A stretch of DNA of 64,000 bases from contig CAWCDI010000002.1 in NCBI GenBank assembly GCA_963794415.1, forward strand, positions 413,930-477,929, given 5' to 3'. Each line of letters opens with the position of its first letter. The stretch's first letter is position 1. The position numbers and the translations under genes are program-made. Shown one piece after another: positions 54,942 to 62,681 of the stretch. The notes beneath the pieces are model-generated. The model was not told where the DNA came from. It worked only from the letters and a program-made list of their open reading frames with translations, and made no database searches. This DNA comes from an uncultured Actinomycetes bacterium. GTDB taxonomy: Bacteria > Actinomycetota > Thermoleophilia > Gaiellales > JAICJC01.

Positions 54942-56288
54942 CTAGAGCCGCTCGAAGCCCCGGAAGAGCTCCCAGTCGGTCACCGCGGCGTCGTAGGCCG
55001 CCTGCTCCGTGCGCGCGTAGTGCAGGTAGTGCTCGACCACCTCGTCCCCGAACGCCTCCCTGGCGATCGTTGAGCCCTCGAGCAGGTCGGCGGCCTCATG
55101 CAGCGTCGTGGGCAGGCGCGGCTTGCCCTCCGCGTCGTAGGCGTTTCCCTTGAACTCGGGCTCGAGCTCCAGCTCGTTGTCGATCCCGTGCAGCCCGGCG
55201 GCGATGATCGCAGCGAACGCCAGGTAGGGGTTGCAGTCGGCTCCCGCCGAGCGGTTCTCGAGGCGCATGCTCTGGCCGTGGCCCACCGGGCGAAGCGCGC
55301 AGGTGCGGTTGTCGGTGCCCCACACGAGCGTGGTGGGCGCGAACGAGCCGGAGGCGTAGCGCTTGTAGGAGTTGACGTTGGGCGCCATGAACGCGGTCAG
55401 CTCGCGGCCCGCGGCGATCTGGCCGGCGATGAACTGCTGTGCGAGCGGGCTCATCCCGTGGCCGTCGGCTGCGGGGAAGAGGCTGCCGTTCTCGTCCCAG
55501 AGGCTGCAGTGGATGTGGCACGAGTTGCCCTCGCGCTCGTTGTACTTCGCCATGAACGTGAGCGCGTAGCCCTGCTGCCAGGCGATCTCCTTGGCGCCGT
55601 TCTTGTAGACCGCGTGGTTGTCGGCCATCGAGAGCGCGTCGGAGTAGCGGAAGTTGACCTCGTGCTGGCCGAAGTTGCACTCGCCCTTGGCGTCCTCCAC
55701 CATGATCCCGGCGCCGTGCATGCCCAGCCGGATGGGCCGCAGCACGTCCTCGACCTGGGTGGTGCCGAAGATCGAGTAGTCCACGTTGTACGGGTTTGCC
55801 GGCTCGAGGTCGTGATAGCGCTTGGCGCGGGCCTGCTCGTAGGTGTCGCGAAAGAGGATGAACTCGAGCTCGGAGCCGACGTTGGCCGTCCAGCCGCGCT
55901 CGGCGAGCCGGTCGAGCTGGCGCCGCAGGATCTGGCGCGGCGACGCGACTACTGGGTTGCCGTCCTGCCACTCGAGGTCGGCGAGCACCAGCGCAGTGCG
56001 CTCGAGCCACGGCACGCGGCGCATGGTCGCGAAGTCCGGCTTGAAGACGAAGTCGCCGTAGCCCGTGTCCCACGAGCCCATTCCGTAGCCCTGCACCGTG
56101 TTCATCTCGACGTCCACGGTGAGCAGGTAGTAGCAGCCCTCGGCGCCGTGACGGGCGACCTCGTCGACGAAGAACGGGGCGTGCACGCGCTTTCCCATGA
56201 GCCGTCCCTGCATGTCGGTGATCACCAGCAGCACGGTGTCGATATCGCCGGCACGGACGTCGTCTGTGAGTTGGTTCAGTGTGAGCAT
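54942..56288 (-). CDS. glutamine synthetase family protein (GlnA3 / gamma-glutamyl-polyamine synthetase-like)
   Basis: 448 aa with a GS catalytic domain (GSELEFILF, NSCHIHCSLW, NVNSYKR, R.ENRSAGADCNPYL). Confidence 0.9.
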   Translation of the reverse strand: MLTLNQLTDDVRAGDIDTVLLVITDMQGRLMGKRVHAPFFVDEVARHGAEGCYYLLTVDVEMNTVQGYGMGSWDTGYGDFVFKPDFATMRRVPWLERTALVLADLEWQDGNPVVASPRQILRRQLDRLAERGWTANVGSELEFILFRDTYEQARAKRYHDLEPANPYNVDYSIFGTTQVEDVLRPIRLGMHGAGIMVEDAKGECNFGQHEVNFRYSDALSMADNHAVYKNGAKEIAWQQGYALTFMAKYNEREGNSCHIHCSLWDENGSLFPAADGHGMSPLAQQFIAGQIAAGRELTAFMAPNVNSYKRYASGSFAPTTLVWGTDNRTCALRPVGHGQSMRLENRSAGADCNPYLAFAAIIAAGLHGIDNELELEPEFKGNAYDAEGKPRLPTTLHEAADLLEGSTIAREAFGDEVVEHYLHYARTEQAAYDAAVTDWELFRGFERL

Positions 56289-56313
56289 CGGTCATTCATA
56301 TACTGCCGGTGGT

Positions 56314-57021
56314 ATGGACCGCAAGCCGCTCATCGGGGTGACCGCCTACGAGGTGCCGGCGTCCTTCGGGAACTGGCGCGACGTGCAGACGGTGATGGCG
56401 CCGAGCACCTACACGCGGTCGGTGCTGCGCGCCGGGGGCCTGCCGGTGGTGATCCCGCCTATGGAGGGCGTCGAGCAGGTGCTCGATGCGCTCGACGGGA
56501 TCGTCTTCACGGGCGGCTCCGATATCGATCCCGCGCTGTATGGCCAGGCGCCGCACGCCGAGACGGTCGGTCTCTACCGCCACCGCGACGATGCGGAGCT
56601 CGCGCTGATGCAGGCCGCGCTCGACCGCGACCTGCCGATGCTTGCGATCTGCCGCGGGATGCAGCTCCTGAACGTGGTGCACGGCGGCGACCTGCAGCAG
56701 CACCTCCCCGACGTGCTGGAGACCGCCGCGATCCACCGCGGCGAGCCCGGGCGGTTTGCCGAGCACATGGTGTCGGTGGAGCCGGATTCGACGCTCGGCT
56801 CGATCCTCGGGCCGCAGACGGCGACCCACTCCTTCCATCACCAGGGCATCGACCGGGTGGGTGAGGGGCTCAGGGTCTCGGCGCTGGCCGAGGACGGCGG
56901 CGTGGAGGGCATCGAGGACCCCGCGAAGTCGTTCGCGGTGGGCGTCCTCTGGCACCCGGAGGAGAGCGCAGGCAACGGCGGCCCGCTGTTCGCGGAGCTC
57001 ATCGCCCGCGCGCGTGAATAA
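56314..57021 (+). CDS. class I glutamine amidotransferase / peptidase C26 (gamma-glutamyl-GABA hydrolase, PuuD-like)
   Basis: LAICRGMQLLN (nucleophile Cys), FHHQGI and GVLWHPE. ATG 56314. The TAA stop lies inside repeat copy 57014-57046. Confidence 0.88.
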   Translation: MDRKPLIGVTAYEVPASFGNWRDVQTVMAPSTYTRSVLRAGGLPVVIPPMEGVEQVLDALDGIVFTGGSDIDPALYGQAPHAETVGLYRHRDDAELALMQAALDRDLPMLAICRGMQLLNVVHGGDLQQHLPDVLETAAIHRGEPGRFAEHMVSVEPDSTLGSILGPQTATHSFHHQGIDRVGEGLRVSALAEDGGVEGIEDPAKSFAVGVLWHPEESAGNGGPLFAELIARARE

Positions 57022-57046
57022 ACGGTGCCAGGCACTTAATATTCAT
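57014..57046 (+). repeat. 33-bp low-GC palindromic element, copy 2 (GTGAATAAACGGTGCCAGGCACTTAATATTCAT)
   Basis: It contains the stop codon of the PuuD-like gene and forms the 5' end of the first tandem-duplication unit. Confidence 0.9.
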
Positions 57047-57171
57047 TGACCTGACAGTCGCCTTCGCGGGCAACGGCGGCGCGCTGTTCGCGGAGCTCAT
57101 CGCGAGGGCTGGTCGTTCAGCGCGGCCGCCAGGGCCGTGACGCGCCGGCTGATCTCTTCGCGCACCTGACG

Positions 57172-57204
57172 GTGAATAAACGGTGCCAGGCACTTAATAT
57201 TCAT
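57172..57204 (+). repeat. 33-bp low-GC palindromic element, copy 3
   Basis: Identical to copy 2; it starts the second duplication unit. Confidence 0.9.
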
Positions 57205-57253
57205 TGACCTGTCAGTCGGCTTCGCGGGCAACGGCGGCAGCTGTTCGCGGAGC

Positions 57254-57664
57254 TCATCGCGAGGGCTGGTCGTTCAGCGCGGCCGCCAGGGCCGTGACGC
57301 GCCGGCTGATCTCTTCGCGCACCTGACGGACAACCTCGATCGGCTGGTCTGACGGGTCGCTGAGGTCCCAGTCGGTGTAGTGCTTGCCCGGGATGAACGG
57401 GCACTCGTCCCCGCACCCCATGGTCACCACCTCGTCGGCCCAGCGCATGTCGTCGGCGTCCAGCCGGTGGGGGACGTTGCCGGAAACGTCGACCCCGACC
57501 TCGGCCATCGCCTCCGCGACCACCGGATGCACGCGAGCGGCGGGCCGGCTCCCCGCCGATCGCGCCTCGTGCCGGCCCTGGGCTGCCTGCACGAAGAGCG
57601 CCTGGGCCATCTGCGAGCGGCCGGCGTTCTGGATGCAGACGAACGCACGCGTGTCACGACGCCT
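57254..57664 (-). pseudogene. arsC: arsenate reductase, LMW-PTP (thioredoxin-coupled) family, with a disrupted or non-canonical 5' end
   Basis: The P-loop FVCIQNAGRSQ (Cys codon 57635-57637) lies upstream of the first ATG (57610). An in-frame TGA at 57665-57667 is followed by 9 codons with no ATG/GTG/TTG. A GTG at 57657 is in another frame. Confidence 0.6.
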
Positions 57665-57679
57665 TCACGGATCAGGTCG

Positions 57680-57712
57680 GTGAATATTAAGTGCCTGGCA
57701 CCGTTTATTCAC
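57680..57712 (-). repeat. 33-bp low-GC palindromic element, copy 4 (consensus orientation on the minus strand)
   Basis: Its reverse complement equals GTGAATAAACGGTGCCAGGCACTTAATATTCAC. It lies 5 nt after the MFS stop and directly upstream of the disrupted arsC 5' end. Confidence 0.9.
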
Positions 57713-57717
57713 GGCTG

Positions 57718-59457
57718 TCAGTCGCCTTCGCCGGCCAGGGCCAGCTCCGTGCCCTCCACCGATTCGACCTGCGTGATGTGCTCGGGGGCGCTGCCCTCGT
57801 CCACGTACTTGCCGCCGCGCAGCCACGATGCGGCCGCGGCGATGAGGCAGGCCACGATCGCGAAGTCGAACGCCGCGTGCAGGCCCTGTGAGAACGGCTT
57901 GGAGATGAGCTTCGGGAAGAAGCTGCGGCCCGTCAGGTAGGCAGCCTGGTGCGCCGAGAGGTTGTTCAGCACGTGCGGGCCCAGCAGCTCCTTGATGGGG
58001 TTGTAGCCCAGGAACGACGCGAACAGCACGCCCACCGGCGGCAGGTGTGAGATGCGCGTCGCATCGGCCTTCGGCACGCCCTGTGCGGTCAGGCCGCTGT
58101 ACATCTCACCGGGAAGCGTCGAGGCCAGGCCGACCACCATCAGCGTGAAGAAGATGCCGATCGAGAGCACCATCGCCGAGTTCTGGAACGTCGCGGCCAT
58201 GCCCGAGCCGACCCCGCGGCGGTTGTTCGGCAGGCTGTTCATGATGCCCGTCTGGTTGGGGGCCGAGAAGAGGCCCATCGCCAGGCCGATCAGCAGCAGG
58301 AAGCTCGCGAAGAGCTCGTAGCGGAAGTTCACGGGCAGCAGCTCGAGCGCCAGGAACGAGAGCGCCGCGAGCAGCATGCCGCCGGTCGCGAACGGCCGCG
58401 CGCCGAACCGGTCGGAGAGGTAGCCGGACGTCGGCCCCGCCACCAGGAAGCCCACCGTCAGCGGCAGCATGTAGATGCCGGCCCAAAGCGGCGTGTCCGA
58501 GAAGCTGTAGCCGTGCAGCGGCAGCCAGATGCCCTGCAGCCAGATGATGAGCATGAACATGAGGCCGCCGCGGCCGAGCGACGCGAGGAAGCTCGCGATG
58601 CAGCCTGCGGTGAAGGCCCGGATGCGGAAGAGGTTCAGGCGGAACATCGGATCGGGCACCCGCAGCTCGACGAAGACGAACGCCACCAGGAGGGTGAGCC
58701 CGATGACGAGCTCGGCGATCACCTTCGGGTTCGTCCAGCCCAGGATGTGGCCGCCGTACGGCTGGATCGCCAGCGTGATGGCCACCAGCACCAGGATCAG
58801 GCCCGCGCCGAACGTGAGGTTCCCCCACCAGTCGATCCTGGACGGGTGCCGCTGCCCGCGCTCCTGCAGCTTCCAGTACGACCACGCAGTTCCGAGCAGG
58901 CCGACCGGCACCGAGACGAGGAACACGAGGCGCCACGAGATCGGCCCGAGGATGCCGCCCAGCACCAGGCCGATGAACGCGCCGGCGATGGCGGCCACCG
59001 CGTTGATCCCAAGCGCGAGGCCGCGCTCGTCGTGCGGGAAGGCGTCGGTCAGGATCGCCGAGGAGTTGCCCATCAGAAGCGCGCCGCCGATGCCCTGCCC
59101 CACCCGCATCGCGATCATCCACTTGGCTGCGTCGGCGCCCTGCATCCACGTGATGGAGAGCAGGATCGAGCAGAGCGTGAACACCGCAAAGCCGATGTTG
59201 AACATCTTCACGCGGCCGTACATGTCGCCGATGCGCCCGAAGCTGACCACCAGCACGGCGGTCGAGACCATGAAGCCCATCATCATCCAGAGCAGGTAGA
59301 TGGTGTTGCCGGGCTCGAGCGGGTTCAGGTGCACCCCGCGGAAGATGTCCGGCAGGGCGATCAGCACGATCGAGGAGTTGATGGTCGCCATCAGCATGCC
59401 GATGGTCGTGTTCGAGAGGGCCACCCACTTGTACCGATCCTCGTGCTGCTGCGTCAC
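57718..59457 (-). CDS. MFS drug:H+ antiporter, DHA2 (EmrB/QacA, 14-TMS) family
   Basis: 579 aa, about 14 helices, with the GRIGDMYGRVKMF motif after TM2. GTGA overlap with the merR-family gene. Confidence 0.9.
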   Translation of the reverse strand: MTQQHEDRYKWVALSNTTIGMLMATINSSIVLIALPDIFRGVHLNPLEPGNTIYLLWMMMGFMVSTAVLVVSFGRIGDMYGRVKMFNIGFAVFTLCSILLSITWMQGADAAKWMIAMRVGQGIGGALLMGNSSAILTDAFPHDERGLALGINAVAAIAGAFIGLVLGGILGPISWRLVFLVSVPVGLLGTAWSYWKLQERGQRHPSRIDWWGNLTFGAGLILVLVAITLAIQPYGGHILGWTNPKVIAELVIGLTLLVAFVFVELRVPDPMFRLNLFRIRAFTAGCIASFLASLGRGGLMFMLIIWLQGIWLPLHGYSFSDTPLWAGIYMLPLTVGFLVAGPTSGYLSDRFGARPFATGGMLLAALSFLALELLPVNFRYELFASFLLLIGLAMGLFSAPNQTGIMNSLPNNRRGVGSGMAATFQNSAMVLSIGIFFTLMVVGLASTLPGEMYSGLTAQGVPKADATRISHLPPVGVLFASFLGYNPIKELLGPHVLNNLSAHQAAYLTGRSFFPKLISKPFSQGLHAAFDFAIVACLIAAAASWLRGGKYVDEGSAPEHITQVESVEGTELALAGEGD

Positions 59458-59912
59458 TGAGCTTCCTTGGAGCCTTCCGAGAGGATGGTGCGCACGCGCC
59501 TTCGGGAGTCCACGAGCTCGTCCTCGAGCTGCTCGAGCGCCGCGCGGCGGCTTCGCACCAGCTCGAGCTGCGTCTCGATGTGCTCCAGGGCCTCACCGGC
59601 GATCTCGAGCTGCTCGCCCGCGTCCGGGTGGTCGTGGATCCAGCGCTCGCGCAGCCCCTCGCGGGCGTGCGCTGCGGTTGACCATGCGAGCAGATCCTGC
59701 AGGCTCAGGCCCAGGAGGTCGCGCACGCGGATGAGCTCGCGCAGCTCGGCCTCGTCGGTCTCGTCGTAGAGGCGGTGGGCGCCCTGCTCGCGGCCGCGCT
59801 CGGGCAGCAGCCCGAGCTGCTCGTAGTAGCGCACGGTGCGCGGGGTGGCGCCTACGCGCCGGGCGAGCTCGCCGATGCGGAAGGTCTGGATGTCAGCCAT
59901 GGGAGTGCTCAT
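59454..59912 (-). CDS. MerR-family transcriptional regulator
   Basis: FRIGELARRVGATPRTVRYYEQLGLL HTH, then a coiled-coil dimerisation helix. Confidence 0.88.
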   Translation of the reverse strand: MSTPMADIQTFRIGELARRVGATPRTVRYYEQLGLLPERGREQGAHRLYDETDEAELRELIRVRDLLGLSLQDLLAWSTAAHAREGLRERWIHDHPDAGEQLEIAGEALEHIETQLELVRSRRAALEQLEDELVDSRRRVRTILSEGSKEAQ

Positions 59913-59964
59913 ACCAATAAATCTTACGTGGGCGGAAGGTTAGCATGGATCGTTTCCTTCGCGT

Positions 59965-60663
59965 ATGTGTCATGATGCTGACGTGAACGTTCGTTGGCAT
60001 GGACAATCGGCATTTACGCTGGATGCTGAAGAGGCGACGGTTGCCATCGACCCGTTCGGGGATCTGGGCGCTGTTTCCGGGGGTGCCATCCGGTTTGACT
60101 ACCCTCCTGTGCCGGAGCACGACGCGCATCTGCTGCTGATTACACACGAGCACGCCGATCATAACCACGTCGGCGCCGTCACCGGAGATCCCGTTGTGAT
60201 CCGCTCCACCGCCGGAACCATGGAGAGCCCCATCGGCGAGATCGTCGCCGTCAGCTCGGAGCACGACCAGCAGGCAGGGACGGCGCGCGGCGCCAACATC
60301 ATCTTCGTGTTCACGCTCGACGGCATCCGGGTCGCGCACTTCGGCGATCTCGGCCAGGCGGCGCTCCGCCCCGAGCAGCTCGAGGCCATCGGCTCGCCCG
60401 ATCTCATCTTCCTGCCGGTGGGCGACGGGCCGACCATCGGCCCCGAGGCCGCATGGGCCATCGTCGATCAGCTCGAGCCGCGCTGGGTGGTGCCCATGCA
60501 CTACCGCACCGAGGCCATCAGCTTCCTCGAGCCGGTCGATCCGTTCGCGGAGCACTACGACCGCGTGAGCCGGCTGCCTTCGCCGGAGTTCACGATCGTG
60601 CCCGACGGCGACGCCGGCCCCGAGATCGTGATCCCCAAGGCCCCGCTTTCAGTGTCCGCGTAG
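59965..60663 (+). CDS. MBL-fold metallo-hydrolase
   Basis: THEHADHNH (HxHxDH motif). Start at ATG 59965 or, more likely, GTG 59983 (VNVRWHGQSAF). Confidence 0.8.
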   Translation: MCHDADVNVRWHGQSAFTLDAEEATVAIDPFGDLGAVSGGAIRFDYPPVPEHDAHLLLITHEHADHNHVGAVTGDPVVIRSTAGTMESPIGEIVAVSSEHDQQAGTARGANIIFVFTLDGIRVAHFGDLGQAALRPEQLEAIGSPDLIFLPVGDGPTIGPEAAWAIVDQLEPRWVVPMHYRTEAISFLEPVDPFAEHYDRVSRLPSPEFTIVPDGDAGPEIVIPKAPLSVSA

Positions 60664-61083
60664 CCGCTTCGGCGTGATGCGGATGGCGACGGGGTAGTCG
60701 CTCGCGAACTGCTCGTGGCCCCAGCCGTTGGCATCGATCAGCGGCGCGTACTTGGCCATGTAGGCGGGAATCTCGGTGGCGCGGGGATCGTCGCTCACGG
60801 CGGCGGTGCCGGTCAGAACGACGATATCGCCGCCCGTGCCGTTGCCGTCCAGGTGCAGGGAGACGCTGGGGTTGGCCGCGATGTTCCGCAGCTTCGGCCG
60901 GCCCTCCTCGCTGTACACCAGAAACGATGCTCCGTCCCAGAGAAACCACACCGGGACAGGTGTCGGCACGCCCCCGGGGCTCACCGTCGTGAGCCAGCCG
61001 ATGAGCTCGGACTCGAGCCGGCCCGCCACTCGCCGGCCGAACTCCGAGCCGGTGTCGATCTCGAACGCCATCGCGTTCAGCAT
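60649..61083 (-). CDS. PPOX-class (pyridoxamine 5'-phosphate oxidase-like) probable F420-dependent enzyme
   Basis: GWLTTVSPGGVPTPVPVWFLWDG and KLRNIAANPSVSLHLDG are typical of the split-barrel family. Start at ATG 61083 or 61071. Confidence 0.8.
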   Translation of the reverse strand: MLNAMAFEIDTGSEFGRRVAGRLESELIGWLTTVSPGGVPTPVPVWFLWDGASFLVYSEEGRPKLRNIAANPSVSLHLDGNGTGGDIVVLTGTAAVSDDPRATEIPAYMAKYAPLIDANGWGHEQFASDYPVAIRITPKRLRGH

Positions 61084-61095
61084 AGACTCTGGCTC

Positions 61096-61881
61096 GTGCC
61101 ACCGTTTCCCATCCGCATCGGCGTCCAGGTCGAGCCCCAGCACATCACCTACGCCCAGATGCGCGACGTGTGGCGGCGGGTCGAGGACATGGGCGCCGAC
61201 ACGCTCTACAACTGGGATCACTTCTTCCCGCTCACCGGCGACCCGGACGGCCTGCACTACGAGTGCTGGACGGCGCTCGGCTCGATGGCAGAGGTCACCG
61301 AGCGCATCCGGTTCGGCGCACTGGTGACGTGCAACTCCTACCGCAACGCCCAGCTCGTCGCCGACATGGCGCGCACCGTTGACCACATCTCCGACGGCCG
61401 GCTGATCCTCGGGCTCGGGTCGGGGTGGTTCGAGCGCGACTACGACGAGTACGGCTACGACTTCAAGACCACCGCCGGGCGCCTGCGCGATCTCGACGCG
61501 GCGATGCCGCTCCTGCTCGACCGCATGGAGCAGCTCAACCCGCCGCCCGTGCAGGAGCACATCCCGATCCTGATCGGGGGTGGCGGCGAGAAGATCACGC
61601 TGCGGATCGTGGCCGAGCGCGCCGACGTCTGGAACTACTTCGGCGAGCCCGCCGAGGTGCGGCACAAGTCGGAGGTGCTCGACGCGTGGTGTGCGAAGGT
61701 GGGCCGCGACCCGGCCGCGATCGAGCGCTCCGTCACCGATCTGCAGGTCGCGACCGAGGCCGACCTGGACGCCTACCTCGCGCTGGGCGTCACCCAGATG
61801 ATCCTCCCGTTCGCCGGCCCCGACTGGGACTTCGCCCAGCTGCAGCGGCTGATTGACTGGCGTGACGCGCGCGCTCTCTAG
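61096..61881 (+). CDS. LLM-class (luciferase-like) F420-dependent oxidoreductase, paralog 1
   Basis: Luciferase-like TIM-barrel motifs (LGLGSGWFERDYDEYG, ILIGGGGEK). GTG 61096. Confidence 0.85.
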   Translation: MPPFPIRIGVQVEPQHITYAQMRDVWRRVEDMGADTLYNWDHFFPLTGDPDGLHYECWTALGSMAEVTERIRFGALVTCNSYRNAQLVADMARTVDHISDGRLILGLGSGWFERDYDEYGYDFKTTAGRLRDLDAAMPLLLDRMEQLNPPPVQEHIPILIGGGGEKITLRIVAERADVWNYFGEPAEVRHKSEVLDAWCAKVGRDPAAIERSVTDLQVATEADLDAYLALGVTQMILPFAGPDWDFAQLQRLIDWRDARAL

Positions 61882-61892
61882 ACTGCGCGCCC

Positions 61893-62681
61893 ATGACTGA
61901 CTTCCCAATCCGAGTAGGCGTCCAGGTACAGCCTCAGCAAGGCACCTGGGCCAAGATGCGCGACGTGTGGCAGCGAGTGGACGAGTCCGGTGCCGACACG
62001 CTCTACAACTGGGACCACTTCTATCCCCTGTACGACGATCCCGACGGTCCCCACTTCGAGTGCTGGACGGCGCTCGGCGCGATGGCCGAGGTGACGCAGA
62101 ACGTGCGCTTCGGCGCGCTGGTCACCTGCAACTCCTACCGCAACCCCGAGGTGCTCGCCGACATGGCCCGCACCGTCGATCACATGTCCGGCGGCCGGCT
62201 GATCTTCGGCATCGGCTCGGGCTGGTTCGAGCGCGACTACGACGAGTTCGGCTTCGAGTTCGGCACCGCGCCCAGCCGCCTGCGCGACCTCGACGCGGCC
62301 ATGCCGCGGATCGTGTCACGCTGGGCCAAGGGCAATCCGGCGCCCGTGCAGGATCCCATCCCGATCCTCATCGGCGGCGGCGGCGAGAAGGTGACGCTTC
62401 GCATCGTGGCGCAGTACGCCCAGATGTGGAACGGCTTTGGCGATCCCGAGACGGCCAGGCACAAGAACTCGGTGATCGACGCCCACTGCGCGCGGCTCGG
62501 GCGCGACCCGAAGCAGATCGAGCGCTCCATCGGCGGCATCGAGACGGCCGATCCGAAGGTGCTCGACGCCTACGTCGATGCCGGTGTCACGCACTTCATC
62601 CTCGGCGTCGGCGGCCCCGACTGGGACCTCAGCCTGCTGCCGAAGGTACTTGCGTGGCGCGACTCGCGGGCGGCTTCCTGA
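61893..62681 (+). CDS. LLM-class F420-dependent oxidoreductase, paralog 2
   Basis: Collinear with paralog 1, roughly two-thirds identical by eye (FGIGSGWFERDYDEFG, ILIGGGGEK). Confidence 0.88.
   Translation: MTDFPIRVGVQVQPQQGTWAKMRDVWQRVDESGADTLYNWDHFYPLYDDPDGPHFECWTALGAMAEVTQNVRFGALVTCNSYRNPEVLADMARTVDHMSGGRLIFGIGSGWFERDYDEFGFEFGTAPSRLRDLDAAMPRIVSRWAKGNPAPVQDPIPILIGGGGEKVTLRIVAQYAQMWNGFGDPETARHKNSVIDAHCARLGRDPKQIERSIGGIETADPKVLDAYVDAGVTHFILGVGGPDWDLSLLPKVLAWRDSRAAS

Larger units (their letters stand above)
57014..57328. repeat. tandem direct duplication, units 57014-57171 (158 bp) and 57172-57328 (157 bp)
   Basis: Manual alignment shows 3 substitutions and 1 single-base indel between the units. 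Each unit consists of the palindrome, a 20-nt match to the MFS 3' end, a 35-nt match to the PuuD-like 3' end and about 68 nt of the arsC 3' end. Confidence 0.9.

Noticed and set aside
57014-57046. A sigma-54-like GGCAC-N5 pattern inside the palindromic element.
   Set aside because: The -12 TGC element is absent (the sequence reads GGCACTTAATATTCA). This lineage is not expected to encode sigma-54, and the element sits at gene 3' ends rather than upstream of genes.
57014-57328. Whether the repeated 33-mers with regular spacing form a CRISPR array.
   Set aside because: There are only two tandem units, and the sequences between the repeats are near-identical copies rather than unique spacers. 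No cas genes are present. It is a segmental tandem duplication.
59913-59964. Candidate MerR operator (CTTCCG-CCCA-CGTAAG on the minus strand) upstream of the merR-MFS operon.
   Set aside because: It is an imperfect 6-bp dyad, and I could not place convincing -35 and -10 boxes with the 19-20 bp spacer typical of MerR promoters. The evidence is insufficient to annotate it.
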